Positions 40,840 to 52,038 of a stretch of DNA of 63,485 bases are shown here, piece by piece; the first letter of the stretch is position 1; every line of letters begins with the position of its first letter. Under the pieces are notes generated by a model, which did not search any database, was not told the origin of the DNA, and saw only the letters and a program-made list of their open reading frames with translations. Where the stretch lies: the NCBI GenBank assembly GCA_963743305.1, contig CAVUPH010000043.1, positions 1-63,485 on the forward strand, written 5' to 3'. A program made the position numbers and the translations under genes. The DNA comes from an uncultured delta proteobacterium (GTDB lineage Bacteria > Desulfobacterota > RBG-13-43-22).

Positions 40840-43636
40840 AAACTGCCCGGTGAAGGATTGGGGCAGGGCCGCCAGCTCTTCGGGTGTCCCGCACCCGATG
40901 ACCTCCCCTCCGGCATCTCCCCCTTCCGGCCCCAGATCGATAATGTAATCGGCGGTCTTGATGACGTCTAAATTATGTTCAATGACGACCACCGTATTGC
41001 CCAGGTCCACCAGGCGTTTCAAAACCTCCAGCAATTTTTGTACATCGGCAAAATGCAAGCCCGTGGTCGGCTCATCCAGAATATAAAGGGTCCGCCCCGT
41101 GTGGCGCTTGCTCAGTTCCCGGGACAGCTTGATCCGTTGGGCCTCCCCACCCGAAAGGGTGGTGGCCGCCTGTCCCAAGCGGATATACCCCAGGCCGACC
41201 TGACTGAGGGTCTCCAGTTTTTCCCGGACCGCCGGGATCGCTTCGAAAAATCCCACGGCCTGATCCACGGTCATTTCCAGTACCCGGGCGATATCCCGGC
41301 CCTTATACTGGATTTCCAGGGTATCCCGATTATAACGACTTCCCTGGCAGACCTCGCAAGTCACATAGACATCCGGCAGGAAATGCATTTCGATTTTCAT
41401 CAAGCCGTCGCCGTTGCAGGCCGGACAGCGCCCGCCGCGGACATTGAAGCTAAACCGGCCCGGCTTATACCCCCGGGCCCGGGCTTCCGGGGTGCGGGCA
41501 AACAGGTCCCGGATGAAAGTGAATAAACCGGTGTACGTGGCCGGGTTGGACCTGGGGGTGCGACCGATGGGGGACTGGTCAATGTTGATGACCTTATCGA
41601 TCAATTCGACTCCGATAACGCGATCCACCTTTCCGGCCCGCTCTTTGGCCCGGTAGAGCCGTTGCGCCATCAACCGGTATAGGGTGTCGATAACCAGCGT
41701 GCTCTTTCCGGACCCGGAAACGCCGGTGACACAGGTAAAGACGCCCAAAGGGATCGAAACCTTAATATTTTTTAAGTTATTTTCGGAAGCCCCCCGGAGT
41801 TGAATCCGGCCATGGTCTCCCCGGCGGCGGGCTGGGGGTATTTCAATCCGGAGTCGTCCGGAGAGGTACTTCCCGGTCAATGACTCGGCCTGCCGGACCA
41901 GTTGTTCCGGTGGACCGCTGAAAACGACTTCTCCTCCCTGCTCCCCGGCCCCTGGGCCCATATCGATCACGTAGTCCGCCGCTCGGATGGTTTCGGCGTC
42001 ATGCTCCACCACCAGGACGGTGTTGCCCAAATCCCGCAAGGTTTTCAACGTTTCCAACAACCGAAGGTTATCCCGTTGGTGCAGTCCGATGCTGGGTTCG
42101 TCCAGGATATACAGGACGCCCATTAATCGGGAGCCGATCTGAGTGGCCAAACGGATGCGCTGGCCTTCTCCCCCCGAAAGGGTCGCCGAGGACCGATCCA
42201 GAGTCAGGTAATCCAACCCCACGTTGACCAGGAATTCCAGACGGTCCAGGATCTCCTTCAGCAATCGCCGGGCGATCTGGGCTTGACGGGGGGTGAGCGC
42301 TAACTGCTTAAACCATTTTTGGCTTTCTTTCACCGACAGCCGGGTGACTTGAAAGAGATTCAACCCGGATATTTTTACGGCCAGGCTCTCCTTTTTCAAC
42401 CGGGCCCCTTCGCAACCGGGACAGGGGCGGACATTCATAAAGCGCTCCAGCTCTTCCCGAATAAAGGCCGAATCCGTTTCCCGGTAGCGCCGGTCCAGAT
42501 TGGGGATGACGCCTTCAAAGGGACGCTCGAAGAAATGGCGTCTCCCCTCCTTCTCAAAATGAAAGCGAACGATTTCGTTTCCCGATCCGTGAAGGAGAAC
42601 ATCCTGGATCCGCGAGGGCAGGTCCTTGAAGCGGGTATACAGATCGAAGTGGTAATGACTCATCAGGGCTTCCAGGGTCTGCTGGAAATAGAGGGAGGTT
42701 CGATTCTCCCAGGGCAGGATGGCCCCTTCGCGCAGGGAAAGGGTTGGGTTGGGGACGATCAGCTCCGGGTCGAAATACATCTTGGTCCCCAGCCCGTCGC
42801 AGGTCGGGCAGGCCCCCTGGGGGTTATTAAAAGAAAACAGTTGCGGGGTAAGTTCCGGGAGGCTGAGGTCGCAGCGGTCACAGGAAAAACGTTCGCTGAA
42901 CAGGCTCTCCGAGCCGTCACCGCCGACCACCCGAAGAAACCCCTGGGAGAGCTTCAAGGCCAGTTCCACCGAGTCGGTCAAACGAGACTTGAGCCCCGGC
43001 TTGACGATCAGCCGATCCACCACCGCCTCGATGGTGTGCTTCTTTTTTTTGTCCAGCCGGATTTCCTCTTCCAGTTCCCGGAATTCTCCGTTGACCCGGA
43101 CCCGAACAAACCCCTCTTTCTTGAGCTGGTCAAAAAGGCGCTGATGTTCTCCCTTCCGCCCGGTCACCAGGGGGGCCAACAATTGCAGGCGCGCTCCCTC
43201 GGGCAGGGACAACAACTGGTCCACAATTTCCTGCACCGATTGAGAAGAAATTCTTTGGCCGCATTGGTAACAGTAAGGCTCGCCGATCCGGGCAAAGAGG
43301 ACCCGCAGGTAATCATAGATTTCGGTGATGGTTCCCACGGTGGAGCGGGGGTTCTTGCTGGTGGTTTTCTGTTCGATGGAGATGGCCGGGGAGAGCCCTT
43401 CGATGAAATCCACGTCCGGCTTGTCCATCTGCTCCAGAAACTGGCGGGCATAGGCCGACAGGGATTCCACGTAGCGCCGCTGGCCCTCCGCGTAAATGGT
43501 ATCGAAAGCCAGGGTCGACTTGCCCGAACCGGAAAGTCCGGTGATCACTACCAGTTTCTCCCGGGGGATGGCCACGTCGATATTCTTTCAGGTTGTGTTC
43601 CCGAGCCCCTTTGACAAAAATCTCGGTCAAGGCCAT
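40801..43636 (-). CDS. uvrA: Excinuclease ABC subunit A; frameshift near 43585
   Basis: [27 protein letters not shown], two LSGGE signatures, GVSGSGKS. Confidence 0.95.
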
Positions 43637-44652
43637 TCGAGTTTCCTGCGAATAAAATCGGCGGCCAGGTGAACGGCCGCTAGCAGACTGTCCGGTTTGG
43701 CCATTCCTTTACCGGCGATGTCGAAAGCCGTGCCGTGGTCCACCGAGGTCCGAATAAACGGCAGGCCCATGGTCAGATTTACGGCGTCTGTCGAAGTGCA
43801 GCAGTTTGAGCGGTATCAGCCCCTGGTCATGGTAGAGGGCCACTACGGCGTCATAGCGCCCCCGGGCCGCCCAGTAAAAGAGCGTATCCGGAGGATGGGG
43901 ACCGGAAACCCGGAGGCCCTGCTCCGGAGCCTGTTTGGACCGCCGGGGATAATGGTCGTTTCTTCCTCGGTCCCGAAAGCCCCTTTTCTCCGGCATGGGG
44001 ATTGAGGCCGGCCACGGCGATGGCGGGGTCCTTGATGCCGAACCATCGGGTCAGGGTCCCGTGGGTCAGTTCGATGGTTTCCAGAATTCTCGTTGTTTTC
44101 AGTCTTTTCCGGATCGTCTTTCATCGAGCAATGGATGGTCACCAGGCTGACCTTCAGCCGTCTGCCGGCCAGCATCATGCCGAACCGCCGGGTCTTGGAC
44201 AAGCGCGGCCAGAGAATTCGGTGTGGCCGGTAAATCCGGGGTCGGTCCGCTGAATCACTTCCTTACTGATCGGGGCGGTCACCACGGCCTGGACCTGATC
44301 TTCCAGCGCCCATTGCGCCCCCACCCGAAGATAGGCCAGGGCGGCCTTCCCCCAGCGCTCGTCGGGGCGTCCGGGTTTGACCTGGGGGGCCGGCAGTCGG
44401 GAGGCCTCAAAAAGCAAAAATTCCCCTCTTGCCCTTCGGGCACCGGCTCGATCGATCGGAGGTAGCGGTCAAACCGATAGCTTTCCCCAAACGGCGGCCG
44501 GTTTTTTCCAGCATCCCCCGGTCGCCGATGACCACATAGCGGTTTTTCGGAAGCGACCCCGCAGCCAAAGCTTTCAGGATAATCTCCGGCCCGATCCCGG
44601 CGGGGTCGCCCATGGTGATGGCGATCAGCGGTCTGGGGATTTTTTCAGTCAT
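43627..44652 (-). CDS. pdxA: 4-hydroxythreonine-4-phosphate dehydrogenase; multiple frameshifts
   Basis: [33 protein letters not shown] and [13 protein letters not shown] spread over several frames. Confidence 0.8.
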
Positions 44653-44900
44653 CTTCTGTCTGGTCCCTCACGAGAAAATCGCAATTTATTATTATAAGCC
44701 TCTGCATCCGAGGGAACAAGTACGATTTTGAATTGGAACCCAATCGGAAAGAATTTCTGTTGGCGGGTGCCGGTATAAAAACGGAGGCCGGATAAAGACC
44801 GAAAACGATAGGGATACGGCCAAAAACTATTCAAACCTTTCGAATTTAGAATTATTGATGGCCATTGGATTAAAGTGAAAAATCCCCCCCCGATCAACCC

Positions 44901-45749
44901 TTACTTATCCGCCTCCACCATTTTATCCGCCTCGGCAAAAATCCAGGTAAAGACCAGTCCGGTGACCAACGAGGTATTCTGTTTATACAGCGGGCTGTCG
45001 GCAAACGTGGCCCCGTCGAGCTGGTCCCAGCGGGCGAAGAGGCTCACCCAGAATTTTTTGTAGTACTTGCTCAACCCGATGGAAAGCTGCGTGCCGCCAT
45101 ACCCTCCCTGGGCCGAATAGGCCGAGCGGGAAGGCGTAGCGTAGGCCGGCTGGACGGAATAGAAATAATCGTGGTAGGCCTGGTCCGCGAAGACCGGGCC
45201 GAGGGACATTCCGAAATTCAACCCCTTCGAGGAAAACAGATTATACCGATCGAAGTTCAGGCGGGGACTGAAGACCCAGCCGATCCCGTAGACCTGGGGA
45301 AAATCGACGGCCAGGGCGGTTCTCAAGGGAAAGGTCAGGGTGGTTTTAAAATTTCCTTTTTTTTCACCCAGGGTGACTTCCAAAGAGGGTCCGATTTCCA
45401 GAGAAGGGTACAGGTCAGGCATTCCCTTTCGGGCCTGGTTCTGGCTGCTGTCTACCGGGACGGAACCGCCTAAGCTGAAATCCAATTCCAGGCCCTCCCG
45501 ATGAAAAAACAGCCCTCGGATGGATTCCCGGTTGATTTTCAGATTTTCGCCCCGGTAAACGACATAGGGCAGTGGCAGGGCGTAATACCGGGTTTCATCC
45601 GATCCGCGGTAGTCGGGGAAAGAGAAAGCCGCCAGACCCAGGCCGGCTTCCCAAAGAGGGTATTCTCCTCCCCGACTCGCTTCGGGAAAAATCGTCAAAC
45701 CAAACAAAAAAACCAATAAAAGGAACCCCGCCTTACCGGCTTTGGTCAT
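44901..45749 (-). CDS. MipA/OmpV-family outer membrane protein
   Basis: Signal peptide, PDYRGSD, LPYVVYRG, EIGPSL, DSPL. Confidence 0.8.
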   Translation of the reverse strand: MTKAGKAGFLLLVFLFGLTIFPEASRGGEYPLWEAGLGLAAFSFPDYRGSDETRYYALPLPYVVYRGENLKINRESIRGLFFHREGLELDFSLGGSVPVDSSQNQARKGMPDLYPSLEIGPSLEVTLGEKKGNFKTTLTFPLRTALAVDFPQVYGIGWVFSPRLNFDRYNLFSSKGLNFGMSLGPVFADQAYHDYFYSVQPAYATPSRSAYSAQGGYGGTQLSIGLSKYYKKFWVSLFARWDQLDGATFADSPLYKQNTSLVTGLVFTWIFAEADKMVEADK

Positions 45750-45863
45750 GATGCACTCCGACGCTTGCTGAATGGGGATAGGCTGAGGGAAAAAAAGTTA
45801 GCTGGAAGGGCTTATCCCGGACGAGATAGACTTAAAGCATTCCGCTGGAAAATTCAACATCTT

Positions 45864-47054
45864 TTAGGCACCGTTCAAACCGATTTCATCATCGGTTAGA
45901 TAGCAGGCCGGGTCCGGGGCCCAGAGGTCTCCGGTAAAGGCCTCGGCCCGAACTCGAAAATTGCCCCCGCAGATGTCCAGCCAGCGGCATTTTGCGCATC
46001 GCCCGGAGACATACTTTTTCTTTTCTTTCAGTCGGGCCATTAGTTGGTTGGAAAGGTCCTGCCAGATCTCGCTGAAGGGTCGCTGCCGTACGTTCCCGAA
46101 GGAATAATGGCGCCAGAACTGGTCGGCGTGGACCTGCCCGTCCCAGCTCACACAGCCGATCCCCCGTCCGGAACTGTTTCCCTCGTTCATCTGCAGTAGC
46201 TCCAGCACTTCCGGGGCCCGCGCCGATCCCTCTTTCAGCAGACGCAGGTAAAGGTAGGGGCCGTCGGCGTGGTTATCCACGGTCAGCACTTCCTTTTCCA
46301 GTCCCTGGTCGAACAATTCTTTGGTCCGGTCCGCGATCAGGTCCACTACCTGCCGGGTTTCGGCCTGGTTCAAGTCCTCTTCCATGAGCTGGGAACCGCG
46401 ACCGGCGTACACCAAGTGATAAAAGCAGACCCGGGGGATATTTTCCTCGCGCAGGAGGTCGAAGATCGGCCCCACCTGGTCGACGTTTCTCTTGTTAACG
46501 GTAAAGCGAAGCCCCACTTTGATACCGGCTTCTCGGCAGTTACGGATCCCTTCCAAGGCCTGTTCAAAGGCTCCGGGGACCCCCCGGAAGCGGTCGTTGA
46601 CCTCCTTCAGCCCGTCGAGGCTGATCCCCACGTAGGATAGGCCGATGTCTTTGAAAATCCGCGCCTTCTCCGTGCTGATCAGGGTTCCATTGGTGGAGAT
46701 CACCGCCCGCATCCCCTTGGAAACGGCATACTGGGCCAGCTCCGGGAGATCGGGCCGCATCAGTGGCTCGCCGCCGGAAAAAAGCATCACCGGGGCGCCG
46801 AATTGGCTGAGGTCGTCGATCAGCTTCTTCCCTTCCGCCGTACTGAGTTCGTTTTCGTTAGGGGTCACCTTGGCCTGGGCATAGCAATGGACGCACTTCA
46901 GATTGCACTGGCGGGTCATGTTCCAGACCACTACCGGCTTCTTGTCCGCGGAAAACTGGAGCAGGTGGGATGGTAGATCCTTGGAATGCCTTCCGTAGCG
47001 CAGGGCATCCGAAGGTTCCACCGTACCTATATAGAGCTTGGAAATGCCGATCAT
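45864..47054 (-). CDS. ahbC: Radical SAM 12,18-didecarboxysiroheme deacetylase (alternative heme biosynthesis)
   Basis: MIGISKLY..DALRYGR..KPVVVWN, CNLKCVHC, DNHADG, SPASM CxxCxxxxxC, DPACY. Confidence 0.9.
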   Translation of the reverse strand: MIGISKLYIGTVEPSDALRYGRHSKDLPSHLLQFSADKKPVVVWNMTRQCNLKCVHCYAQAKVTPNENELSTAEGKKLIDDLSQFGAPVMLFSGGEPLMRPDLPELAQYAVSKGMRAVISTNGTLISTEKARIFKDIGLSYVGISLDGLKEVNDRFRGVPGAFEQALEGIRNCREAGIKVGLRFTVNKRNVDQVGPIFDLLREENIPRVCFYHLVYAGRGSQLMEEDLNQAETRQVVDLIADRTKELFDQGLEKEVLTVDNHADGPYLYLRLLKEGSARAPEVLELLQMNEGNSSGRGIGCVSWDGQVHADQFWRHYSFGNVRQRPFSEIWQDLSNQLMARLKEKKKYVSGRCAKCRWLDICGGNFRVRAEAFTGDLWAPDPACYLTDDEIGLNGA

Positions 47055-47220
47055 AGAACCTCTCGACGAGAAATTTATTAAAAAATCAAAAACCCAGGGG
47101 CCGGGTTAGAACTTAGAAAGCAATATGGAAAACCCTTTCGCCGAGACCCGTTGGCCATCCCTGAGCTGGGGGATAACCCAATAGGGCGAAGCATCATTAA
47201 TTGGCCGGATTACTGGATAT

Positions 47221-49033
47221 TCAGTTTTTCAGCTTCGGGTCCCTTCCCGCAGGGAAATAGGTTTGGAGTAATTTTTGAATATAGGCTTCCGTGTTTTCAA
47301 TGGCCTCCGGGTTGATCAGGAACCGGTTTAGACCGGTCTTTTCCTGGACCAATTTAAAGCCGTATTCGAAATCTTTAGAGAAATTTTCGCAAATGGACCA
47401 GACGCTGACCTGGGCTTTAAGCGCTTTGGCCAAAACGGTATCAATCCCTTCCTCCGAGAATTTGAGGCTGATATTGAACCGTTCAAAAAAACGAAGCTCG
47501 TATTCCCGCACCTGCTGGATCATCAGCCAGACCTCTTCAAAGGCCTGGGGCAGATCCAACCCCAATTCCAAATGGCGATCGGCGATTAAGGCCAAGCGGG
47601 CCTCGGTCATAGCAGTATCAAATTTCCCGCCCAATTCCTGGGCCCGCTCCCGGATGCGTTCCACCAAGGCCGCCCGTTCCTGGTCCCAGGCCTCTTGAAA
47701 GCGTTCCCGATCCGCCGGGTCTTCCGGTTCGGTCAGCAGTCGCTCCAATTCCTCGGCCGGGTTCTCCACCAGGGCTCTCGTGACCAGCAACTGCTTATGT
47801 TCGGTGGAAGGAAACCGTTTCTCGAATTTCAAAAGCGCCTTCTCTACGGCGCTGACCAGTCCCCGAGCTCCGGTTTTTTCTTCATAGGCCCTTTCGGCCA
47901 GCAACTTCAAGGCCTCATCCTCAAACAAAACGTCTATCCCGTAGGCCTTGAAATCCGCTTTTTTGCTCCGAATTATGGGATTGTTGGGGTTTCGCAAAAT
48001 TTGATAAAGGTCGTCCACGGTCAGGGATTCCAGGACCACCGCGACGGGTAGACGTCCTACAAACTCCGATTCGAAACCAAAGGCGATCAAATCTTCCGAT
48101 TTGACCTGCTTCTGGAAGTTTTCGGTCAGTTCCTTGGATCGGATCTTGGCCCCGAAGCCTAACCCCTTAGCCTGCATCCGCTTGCGGATAATCTCGTCCA
48201 GAGTGATTGAAGGCCCCGCTGACGATAAAGAGGATATTCTTGGTGTTGACGGTGCGTTTTTCCTTTTTCCCCGTTTTTCGGAAACGTTCGATGGCCTGGA
48301 GCTGGGAGATGGGGTCATGAGGCACGCGCAGGTCGATCTCCGCCTCTTCCATGGGTTTGAGCAGGGCCCGCTGAACTCCGGTCCGGGAGACGTCCGGCCC
48401 GATCAGGTTATGGCTGGAGGCGATTTTATCGACTTCATCGATATAGATGATGCCGTATTGGGCCAGCTCGATATCCTCATTGGCCTCATAGACCAGGTCG
48501 CGGACCAGATCCTCCACATCTCCGCCGACGTAGCCGGTCTCGCTGAATTTGGTGGCATCCCCCTTGACGAAGGGCACGCCCAGTTTCTTGGCGATCAACT
48601 TGATGATATAGGTTTTCCCCACCCCGGTCGGACCGATCATGATGATATTATTTTTGATCAGGCCTACCGGCTCGACCCCCGAACGGGTCCCCTGTTTTTC
48701 CCAGTACTTGATCCGGTTGAAATGAGTACAAATCTTGGTGGCCAAGACCGCCTTGGCTTCGTCCTGGCAGATCACGTATTCGTCCAGGTAGGCCTCCAGC
48801 TCTTCGGGTTTCAGGTCAAAATGGAGCTTGGAGGAGGATGAATCCTTTTCCGTATTAGGCTGGTCCGTTCCATCCGCTTCCCCCTTGGGAAAGATGAAGG
48901 GGGTGATGACCTTCACTCGGTCGCCGTACTTCTTGGACAAATAGTCGGATAACTCCCTTTCCAATTCTTTTTGATTGGGTATCTTTTGATTAGCCCCAGC
49001 GGCCTTTATCTCCTGAGGTTTTTTTTCTTCCAT
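47221..49033 (-). CDS. ClpX-like AAA+ ATPase lacking the N-terminal zinc domain, with C-terminal extension; frameshift near 48205
   Basis: GPTGVGKT, TGYVGGDVE, IYIDEVDKI, DVSRTGVQRALLK, LGF loop, EFVGRLP, TGARGL. Confidence 0.82.
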
Positions 49034-49249
49034 AATAAATAATCCTGCAGTTTGGGTTAATAATCACGCAAACTTATTTCCTTTCCATCACGTTTAAGCA
49101 ATATAAGGCATCCTTTCCCTCTTTTCAACCCCGGGGGGATCCGGGACCGGCAGACTTCGGGCTTCCGGATCCCGGAAGGATTCGCTTTTTGGCTTAAAGA
49201 GATAAATAGGGCAGCCTCTTGGGCTTAACCTGACAGAGGGAGTAAAAGC

Positions 49250-49876
49250 GTGGGAGGTCCGGACCTTGGTTATTCCCTTCCCGGTGGTTTGGATCGTTAC
49301 GCTCTTGAAGCCAGCCAGCCTTCAGTGGCCTCCGGGAAGCAGTCAAATCGTGGGATATTAAAATTGTTTGAAATTTCGGTCGGCGGCACTGGGTTTTCCC
49401 TTCAAATGGCCGCTCGGGAGGGTTACGAGGTTTTCAGCGCTTTTGTGGTCCAGTTCGACCGGGCCCACTTCTTTCCCAATAGAGACCTCATGTACCTGGA
49501 AATGGATATTCTGAATGCCCTGGGAAATACGGCGGAGAACGTATTGGCGGGCAAGAACCGGACCATCAATCCGGAGCAGGTGCTGGAAATGTGGAAGGCC
49601 AAGGACCCCGACCGGTTTCTCTTTCTGGACTGCCGGGGCTGGGGAATGCCTGAACCCTTCGTCCAGAAATATCCCGATATCTGGAAGAGCATCCCCCAGG
49701 ATCAGTTGCCGCAACGATTGGACGAGGTCCCTTCGGACCGGCAACTGATATTGGTCTGCAATACCGGCGTGCGCTCCTATGAAGCCCAGATCGCCATGGA
49801 TCAGGCGGGTCTGGGAAACTGCCTCAACCTCCAGGGCGGCGTGGCGGCCCTCAAGAAACTGGGTCTGGAGATCTGA
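49250..49876 (+). pseudogene. C-terminal remnant of a CoA-disulfide reductase-rhodanese fusion; rhodanese domain intact
   Basis: KLFE..GGTG..DRAHFFP dimerisation segment joined directly to MDILNALGN; rhodanese CNTGVRS and LQGG; FAD/NAD domains absent. Confidence 0.65.
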
Positions 49877-49908
49877 TTCGTCTTCGAAAAAATTTTTCAG
49901 GTCCCGCC

Positions 49909-51879
49909 TTAAGGGCGAAGGATTAAAGGCAAATAAATCGAGCTTTTCTGGGTAAAGATCGAACCGATTCCGGATACCTCGGTCATGTTGAAAGCACAAG
50001 TCCCTTTCCCGCTGCAGCCCTTGGCCGAGCCGATGCCCCCGCTCCAGCCGCTGAAGATCGACCCGGTTCTCGGAGCCGCGGTGAGACTCACCGCCGTGTT
50101 ATAGCTCAGGTTTACACTGCAGGTCCCGCTGCTGTTGTTCTCGTCCCAAGAACACTCGATCCCGTTGCCTGTTACGCTGCCACTGCCGGTCCCGGAGGGA
50201 ATGACCGTCAGGCTGTAGGGGTTCAACGTAAAGCTCGCCGCCGCCGTCTTATTTCCATCCAGGCCGGTATAGGTGCAGGTAGCCAGAGCCGTGCCGTTCC
50301 CCGTTGCCGCTCCGGTGCAGGCGGTCCAAGTCGCCTTGGATTCCGTGGACGCTGTGGCCTTCAGCACCACATTCGCACCGGAGTTGATGGCGGTCGTTGT
50401 CCCCGTGATGGCCCCCGGATAATCATAATTCAATCCGCCGACGTCTGATTGCACCATCCCGGCGCCGTTTCCCGTTGCATTCGCGGTAACGAAATATTGA
50501 ACAGGGCATTGTCCGGCGCTGCCGGCATTGTAAATGGTGGCGATCTCTTGCGCGGAAAGGGCGCGGTTAAATATCGCGGCCTCGTCGATAAGGCCATTAA
50601 AAAAACGAGCCGAATTTGATGGATCCCTGCCAATATTTAAATCATTGGCGGAAGGGACAATCGCCCCCGGAGCCGGTGTTGAACCGATTAATAGACCATT
50701 TATATACAAACTGACCGAAGTTCCATCGTAGACGCCGGCCACATGGGTCCAAATACCCTGGGTCAAACCTCCTGCGGGGCTGCTGATCCACCCCCCCGAC
50801 CCGCCTGAACCCAGGTTGACCCAAAAAAGAGCTTGACTGCTATCCACAGAGAGTTCCAATGCGTAACCACTGGTCGCGCTCGCCTTTTTAACAATAGCCG
50901 GAGCTAAAGAGCTGTTATTACTAAATATCCATGAGTCCACGGTGATCGCCGCGGTAGGGTTTAGACTGGGATGATCAGGGACCGTTACATAATCCCCCAC
51001 TTCATCGAAAGTAAAGGCCTGCCCAACCCTTCCCGAAGCGAAACTAGTGTTATTGACCAGTGTTCCATTATTGATCCCGATGAAATCAGTGGCGTTCCCT
51101 TCCGCCCTCCACCAGGAGACGAGCCCGGAAGGCGGCGGGGCACATACAAGGACTTGTCCGGGGTGATCGAAGAGCCACTGCACATCCTCGGGCATAAGGG
51201 CTTGGGAATATACCTGAACATCGTCGATCAAACCGTCAAAATTGGCCTCTGGCGTTAACGATGGAGTACTGAGACCAGCAATAAGAAATGGTGCCGCATT
51301 ATCAACAATGGGGACCGATGGATGAAAGTCCTCAACGGGAGCCCCATCCACATAGATGGAGGCGTTCCCACCCTGGGCATAGGTAACGATAATTTGATGC
51401 CAGTTTCCATCATTTATCGTGGTTGAGGAAATCGGAGCGAGAGAAGGCTCCCCTCGCCCATAGAACCAGGCCTTCCCGGGGCTTCCATAACTCCCCGTCT
51501 CATACTGGGCCATAATATACCCCGCAACCACCGTGCTTTGGTGCTTGGATAGAATCACGTTATCGCCTGCCGTTGTTTTCACCCACACCACCAGAGAGAA
51601 ATCGGTGCCAGTTAATGGCAGAACATTTCCCATGGTCACGTAATCTCCAGTAGCCCGGGAAAGGCTAACGGCCCCCCCCGCTTTGCCGCCGACAGGGGAC
51701 CAGGCCGTGCTGCCCGCCAGCGTTCCGGGGTAGGACCCGGTGCTATCGTGGGCCGTGGTTCCGCTGCCCTCATCAAAAGCCCAATGAGCGACCAAACCGG
51801 CCGGGCTTTCAACCGGCAGCCAACAAAAAGAAAAAACGACCACCATCCAGATCAAACAAATGTATCTCTGCCGGCCCAT
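49909..51879 (-). CDS. Secreted protein with two LamG-like jellyroll domains and divergent InlB B-repeat-like modules
   Basis: Signal peptide; GLVAHWAFDEG and GLVSWWRAEG; F.GLID(D/E); C-terminal SIYLPLILRP. Confidence 0.82.
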   Translation of the reverse strand: MGRQRYICLIWMVVVFSFCWLPVESPAGLVAHWAFDEGSGTTAHDSTGSYPGTLAGSTAWSPVGGKAGGAVSLSRATGDYVTMGNVLPLTGTDFSLVVWVKTTAGDNVILSKHQSTVVAGYIMAQYETGSYGSPGKAWFYGRGEPSLAPISSTTINDGNWHQIIVTYAQGGNASIYVDGAPVEDFHPSVPIVDNAAPFLIAGLSTPSLTPEANFDGLIDDVQVYSQALMPEDVQWLFDHPGQVLVCAPPPSGLVSWWRAEGNATDFIGINNGTLVNNTSFASGRVGQAFTFDEVGDYVTVPDHPSLNPTAAITVDSWIFSNNSSLAPAIVKKASATSGYALELSVDSSQALFWVNLGSGGSGGWISSPAGGLTQGIWTHVAGVYDGTSVSLYINGLLIGSTPAPGAIVPSANDLNIGRDPSNSARFFNGLIDEAAIFNRALSAQEIATIYNAGSAGQCPVQYFVTANATGNGAGMVQSDVGGLNYDYPGAITGTTTAINSGANVVLKATASTESKATWTACTGAATGNGTALATCTYTGLDGNKTAAASFTLNPYSLTVIPSGTGSGSVTGNGIECSWDENNSSGTCSVNLSYNTAVSLTAAPRTGSIFSGWSGGIGSAKGCSGKGTCAFNMTEVSGIGSIFTQKSSIYLPLILRP

Positions 51880-52038
51880 AGGTCAACCTCCTTGGTCTAT
51901 TAATAAATTTTCTTCTTCAGGTGGAAACCCATAACTCAGAATATGGATTATTGCAATAAAATTCACCCGGCGTCAATCCCTCGAAGGTGGGGATTTTGGG
52001 ACCTAATTTGATTAAGCGGTTCGGAGGGACCGCAAACA

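Noticed and set aside
47137-47192. Long imperfect hairpin upstream of ahbC as a riboswitch
   Set aside because: Single stem with no recognisable aptamer motif; more likely a terminator or stabiliser for the upstream ATPase gene
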